From NCBI GenBank assembly GCA_022813965.1, contig JALDZS010000001.1:124001-188000 (forward strand): a stretch of 64,000 bases of DNA, in the 5' to 3' direction. The number at the start of each line of letters is the position of its first letter. Position 1 is the stretch's first letter. The notes under the pieces were generated by a model that did no database searches, was not told the origin of the DNA, and saw only the letters and a program-made list of their open reading frames with translations. The DNA is from Toensbergia leucococca (Eukaryota). The position numbers and the translations under genes were made by a program. Below, piece after piece: positions 60,560-64,000 of the stretch.

Positions 60560-63500
60560 ATGAGTGCGAATCTGTACGTGGGTGACGCCGTCGCCATAGT
60601 GCAACTTGCTTTGAGCCTATATGACAAGGGCCGTGAAGCGCGTGGCGCACCCGATGCTTTTCGTGAACTTCTTGAAGAGCTGGACCTCATGACCAAGATC
60701 TTATGGGGCATCCAAGCGCGCCTCAGGCGTGATGAGAGCAAAAGGGACGACCTCCTCGCAATGGTGCTCCGGAGATGCAAAGACGCTTTACTGTCCTTTC
60801 AACCCTTGGTTGATAAGTACAGGAAATTAGGTGAACTGCAACTTTGTACAATTTTCGAAGCCAACACTAATGTTTTGAAGCCGATACTGACCATGGGCTT
60901 TGGGTGAAGCGCATATCTTGGGCTTTAGATCACAAAGAGATCGAGAAGTGTCACAAAAGGTTTGAGATTGCCGCCCAACGTCTCCATTTGGCTTTCCTTC
61001 CAGCAGATCGACGGGACACAACAGAAAGTCCAAACGTACCAGACGAGATCTCTGACATAGATGGACTATCGACCAAAGATTCTTCAACATCAACTAAAAA
61101 CGTCCGGTCTACCGATGAGAGCGGTACCCCATCCTCAGTCTCACCTATGCTAGTAGCCGGGTCCAGATCCAACTTCTCCTTAAGAAGAGCGTCCTTCCAA
61201 CCCCGAAGACATTGGCCTCATCTAGACATACAGACAGCAGCAGAGCTTGGTATTGGCAACCAAAAATCAAAAGAGTACTGGTACTCACCCTCGTCAATCT
61301 CGATACATGGTGCCGAGCATAGCCATAAAGGTAGAGTCTTCTCTACCAAGCAACTTCATTCGTTGAAATTGAAGGAAAACCGTGAGAAGCATAACATCCC
61401 GCATGCAGTCTACTTCGCTTTCCAAAAGGCTTCGGAAACATTTGGTGCCGATGATAATGCAACGACATGGCTGTATCATGCCGCTTGGTGGCTGATCAAA
61501 TCTCGGACGGTGTGGAATGGTCTGGCGGAGAAGAAGGGAAAGAGTGACCTGGGTCAAACTGCCACTCACATCTGGGAGAACACTGCATCTGCAACACAAG
61601 CCTGGCTTGACCTATGCAAGAGCAGGCAAGTCTTCGCTTTCGTTCTTGCGATGCGCATAATGTACCCTGACTAATTATTGATCAGTTTCATTCTGGAAGA
61701 CATCGTCCTTGCAAGAGACGAAATCGGCGCTGATATGGATGATGCTGTCTGGAAGGATCTGAAAGGCTTATCCGATGGAATTGATCAAGAGTTTCGTCGT
61801 TGGAAGGCTTCCCCCTTCTCATCCAGGCCAGAGGAAGATGTTCTCCTACAACAACATGTCAGCTTCGAAGAACATTGGATGTCACCTACTGAAGATCCAC
61901 AACATGTACCAAAGAACTTCGATAATTTCGACATTCCACAGAGATGGTTGAAGGCGGATCCAGATGATGCAGGTTTGGATCATGAAAAGATCCTGTATCG
62001 TACCTTTGTCGATGCACAGCTGGGTAATAAAGACCTTTCCGCAAAATCCACAGGAGCCCCATATCTATTGGTCTTGTTCTGTCACATTGGACGAAGCGAG
62101 TTGATTATCTCCTTGTGCAATCTAGCTTTCACGGTCAATTTATCAAGATGCATAAACTGGAGTCATCTGATGTTGTTCGAAGAGAGCACTCGGCATGACG
62201 GCGGATTTGAAATCGAATTCCCGCATCAGCGCGCGGTCATCAAGTTCCTTAGCAACAAGGAACATGTAGGCTTCCTCGCTCATCCAAAGGCTTTTCTCTC
62301 TGTCGTCAAGGACAGAGGACCCCGTCCGGGTGAAGTCCAGATCTTTCGCGAAGTGCTAGAATCGTACCAATCACGCGATGCTGTCATTGACAAACAAAAT
62401 GTCTCGTCCAGACCGCGTATGAACGACTCATATGCTGCTTGTGAACTCACTCTATATGACTTCTGTCCTGAAGAAAGCTGGAAGACCACACGAAGGTTGG
62501 TTCTTAGCTCTGATCCTTCCACTGCGAAACCCTGGTGTACCTCCCATTGGTTACCATTATGCAAAATAGAAGTTCAACTGCAAGCCAGAGAAGTTGTCTT
62601 GAGATGGTCAGACTACCAGCAACTCGATGAGAAGAGCAATGGTGAATACGGCTTTTGGTACAGTTATTTGTACCAACCCAACAAACCCAATTGCAGCGTC
62701 AACTTGGTCTTCAAAGATCATGTATCTGCTGAGTCTTTTGCGGACACCATTCTCCGACCATTTGATACACCTATCAAAACACAACACCTCGATCTGCTAC
62801 ACAATTTTGGCTCAAGATCCACACAACAGAGGGGAGCCGTGTATCGGTTGTACGATATCGACGAAGAATCCAATAAAGGCCGCCTCGCGATAGTTTTAGT
62901 AAGCAACCGACCAAATTTTCTTCAGGTTACGGATGTTTACTTTGTACACCGTGATGTTGACTTCTTCCTGGAGAAGAGCAAGGAGCACTCTGTCGCATTC
63001 CCAGATCTTGGAGTCCCTGATTATCACTCTTCTATCCGAGGTGTCGCACGAAGACTTGATGAAAAGATCGAAGAGCCAGAGTTCGCAGGTGTCGAAGTCA
63101 CCCAAGAGTCCGCTCAAATTGACTTTTCTAGCAATGAAGAACTCTTTTCTTTCATGGAAAAGCTCCTTGGCTGGAAGCTCAAGTATGCCCGCAAAGTCCG
63201 TTCAATTACTTTTGATCATAAATGGCCCTTCCTTGTAGATAGCCATAAGCAGTCTATCGTACACCTCTTCGAGAAAAAAGCAAAACAGGAACACGCCCGA
63301 TACCTAAGGCTTGCGATACGATCAACGAACGACAACGAATCTTTCTGGGCCACGACAAGTCCATCACAACCGCACCTCCATGGCAGGAAAGTTATCTTGA
63401 AGAATGTGAGGATCTGTAAAGGAGACGAGATAGACACTAAGGAAATGCACGCAGTGCATGCCGCTTCTCGCACACAGCAGCAGCCTCATGCGGAGCGGAA

Positions 63501-63600
63501 AGTCGTCGTTATCTTCAAGAGCAATCAAGATGCCCAGAATTTCGCCATGGAAGTGAGCAATACTGTTGATGATCTGAATGTTGCCGACGAGGGCCTGTGA
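60560..63600 (+). CDS. Large fungal protein with N-terminal HeLo-like/SesA-type helical domain and uncharacterised C-terminal region, 3 exons
   Basis: N-terminus VGDAVAIVQLALSLYDKGREARGAPDAFRELLEEL...C...LVDKYRKL...KRISWA matches the fungal STAND N-terminal helical pattern. Intron after about 60830 and a GC-AG intron at 61626-61685. No P-loop seen. Confidence 0.7.
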
Positions 63601-63640
63601 TTGAATTTCATGGTTTGCGTCAGATTAGCCAAAAAGTCAT

Positions 63641-64000
63641 CTAACGTCGCCAAGTACGAACAGCCTTATCCTTGCCACCATTTCTCACCTTCTTGCTGTC
63701 AGGACTCTATTCAACCGCAAATACCTCGTGTCGATGGCTTGGCAAATTATGGATGATTGCTGGGTCTGGCATGCCATACTCTCGGTATCGAATACTTCTA
63801 CGCACTCACCGGTAAGCACGAGTCAGCTGAGAAGCAACATCGACAAGCAGCACCAACCTGACCGCGCATTATAGTTATGAGCTTGTCGTCTCGAGCATCC
63901 CAAAGCTCGCCATGCCTTTCGAAGCCTGCTGAAGCGATATACACCCCATCGGGAGAGAAAGTTACTGCTTCTGATGCTCGAGAAATCCGCTATCACATGC
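63641..64000 (-). pseudogene. RSA4: Decayed copy of the C-terminal WD40 repeats of Rsa4/Notchless (runs off the window end)
   Basis: Minus strand reads HQKQ / VTFSPDGVYIASAGFERHGELWDARDDKLITIMRGQVGAACRCCFSADSCLPVSA* ... HRHEVFAVE*SPDSKKVRNGGKDKAVRTWRR*, with frameshifts and stops. Confidence 0.8.

Noticed and set aside
1..64000. Secondary-metabolite or other functional gene cluster
   Set aside because: No PKS, NRPS, terpene synthase or tailoring enzymes; the genes are functionally unrelated housekeeping loci.

Overview
Eukaryotic nuclear DNA from a filamentous ascomycete (Pezizomycotina). This is inferred from short GT-AG introns with CTRAY branch sites, a dispersed 5S rRNA gene and fungal gene families; no finer taxonomy can be supported. 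The window is gene-dense, with about 25 intron-containing genes, mostly housekeeping: CLC chloride channel, RRP45, CWC15, MED22, DHFR, a BTB protein, a PAP2/AUR1-like membrane protein, a Pho80-type cyclin, KRE9, ATP23, Aurora kinase, TIP41, CBP3, NC2-alpha, FHIP, coronin, LOA1/VPS66, kinesin-14, a class-3 lipase, two other kinases and a sugar porter. The less ordinary items are as follows. (1) A 10-exon gene (6933-8030), mostly missed by the ORF track, is built from tandemly duplicated exon+intron units. It has eight consecutive phase-0 introns of 52-54 nt and encodes a 205-aa G/S/Q/N/Y low-complexity protein. (2) An intact 5S rRNA gene with its own TATA and T-run terminator lies co-directionally inside the last intron of the Aurora kinase gene. 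(3) A patatin-TM-P-loop GTPase fusion pseudogene sits in a CpG-depleted AT-rich island. (4) Sharp switches from C/A-rich to G/T-rich composition recur inside genes. (5) A HeLo-like-domain protein lies tail-to-tail with a decayed RSA4/Notchless copy. All gene models were read by eye and family calls come from recalled motifs; no searches were run.
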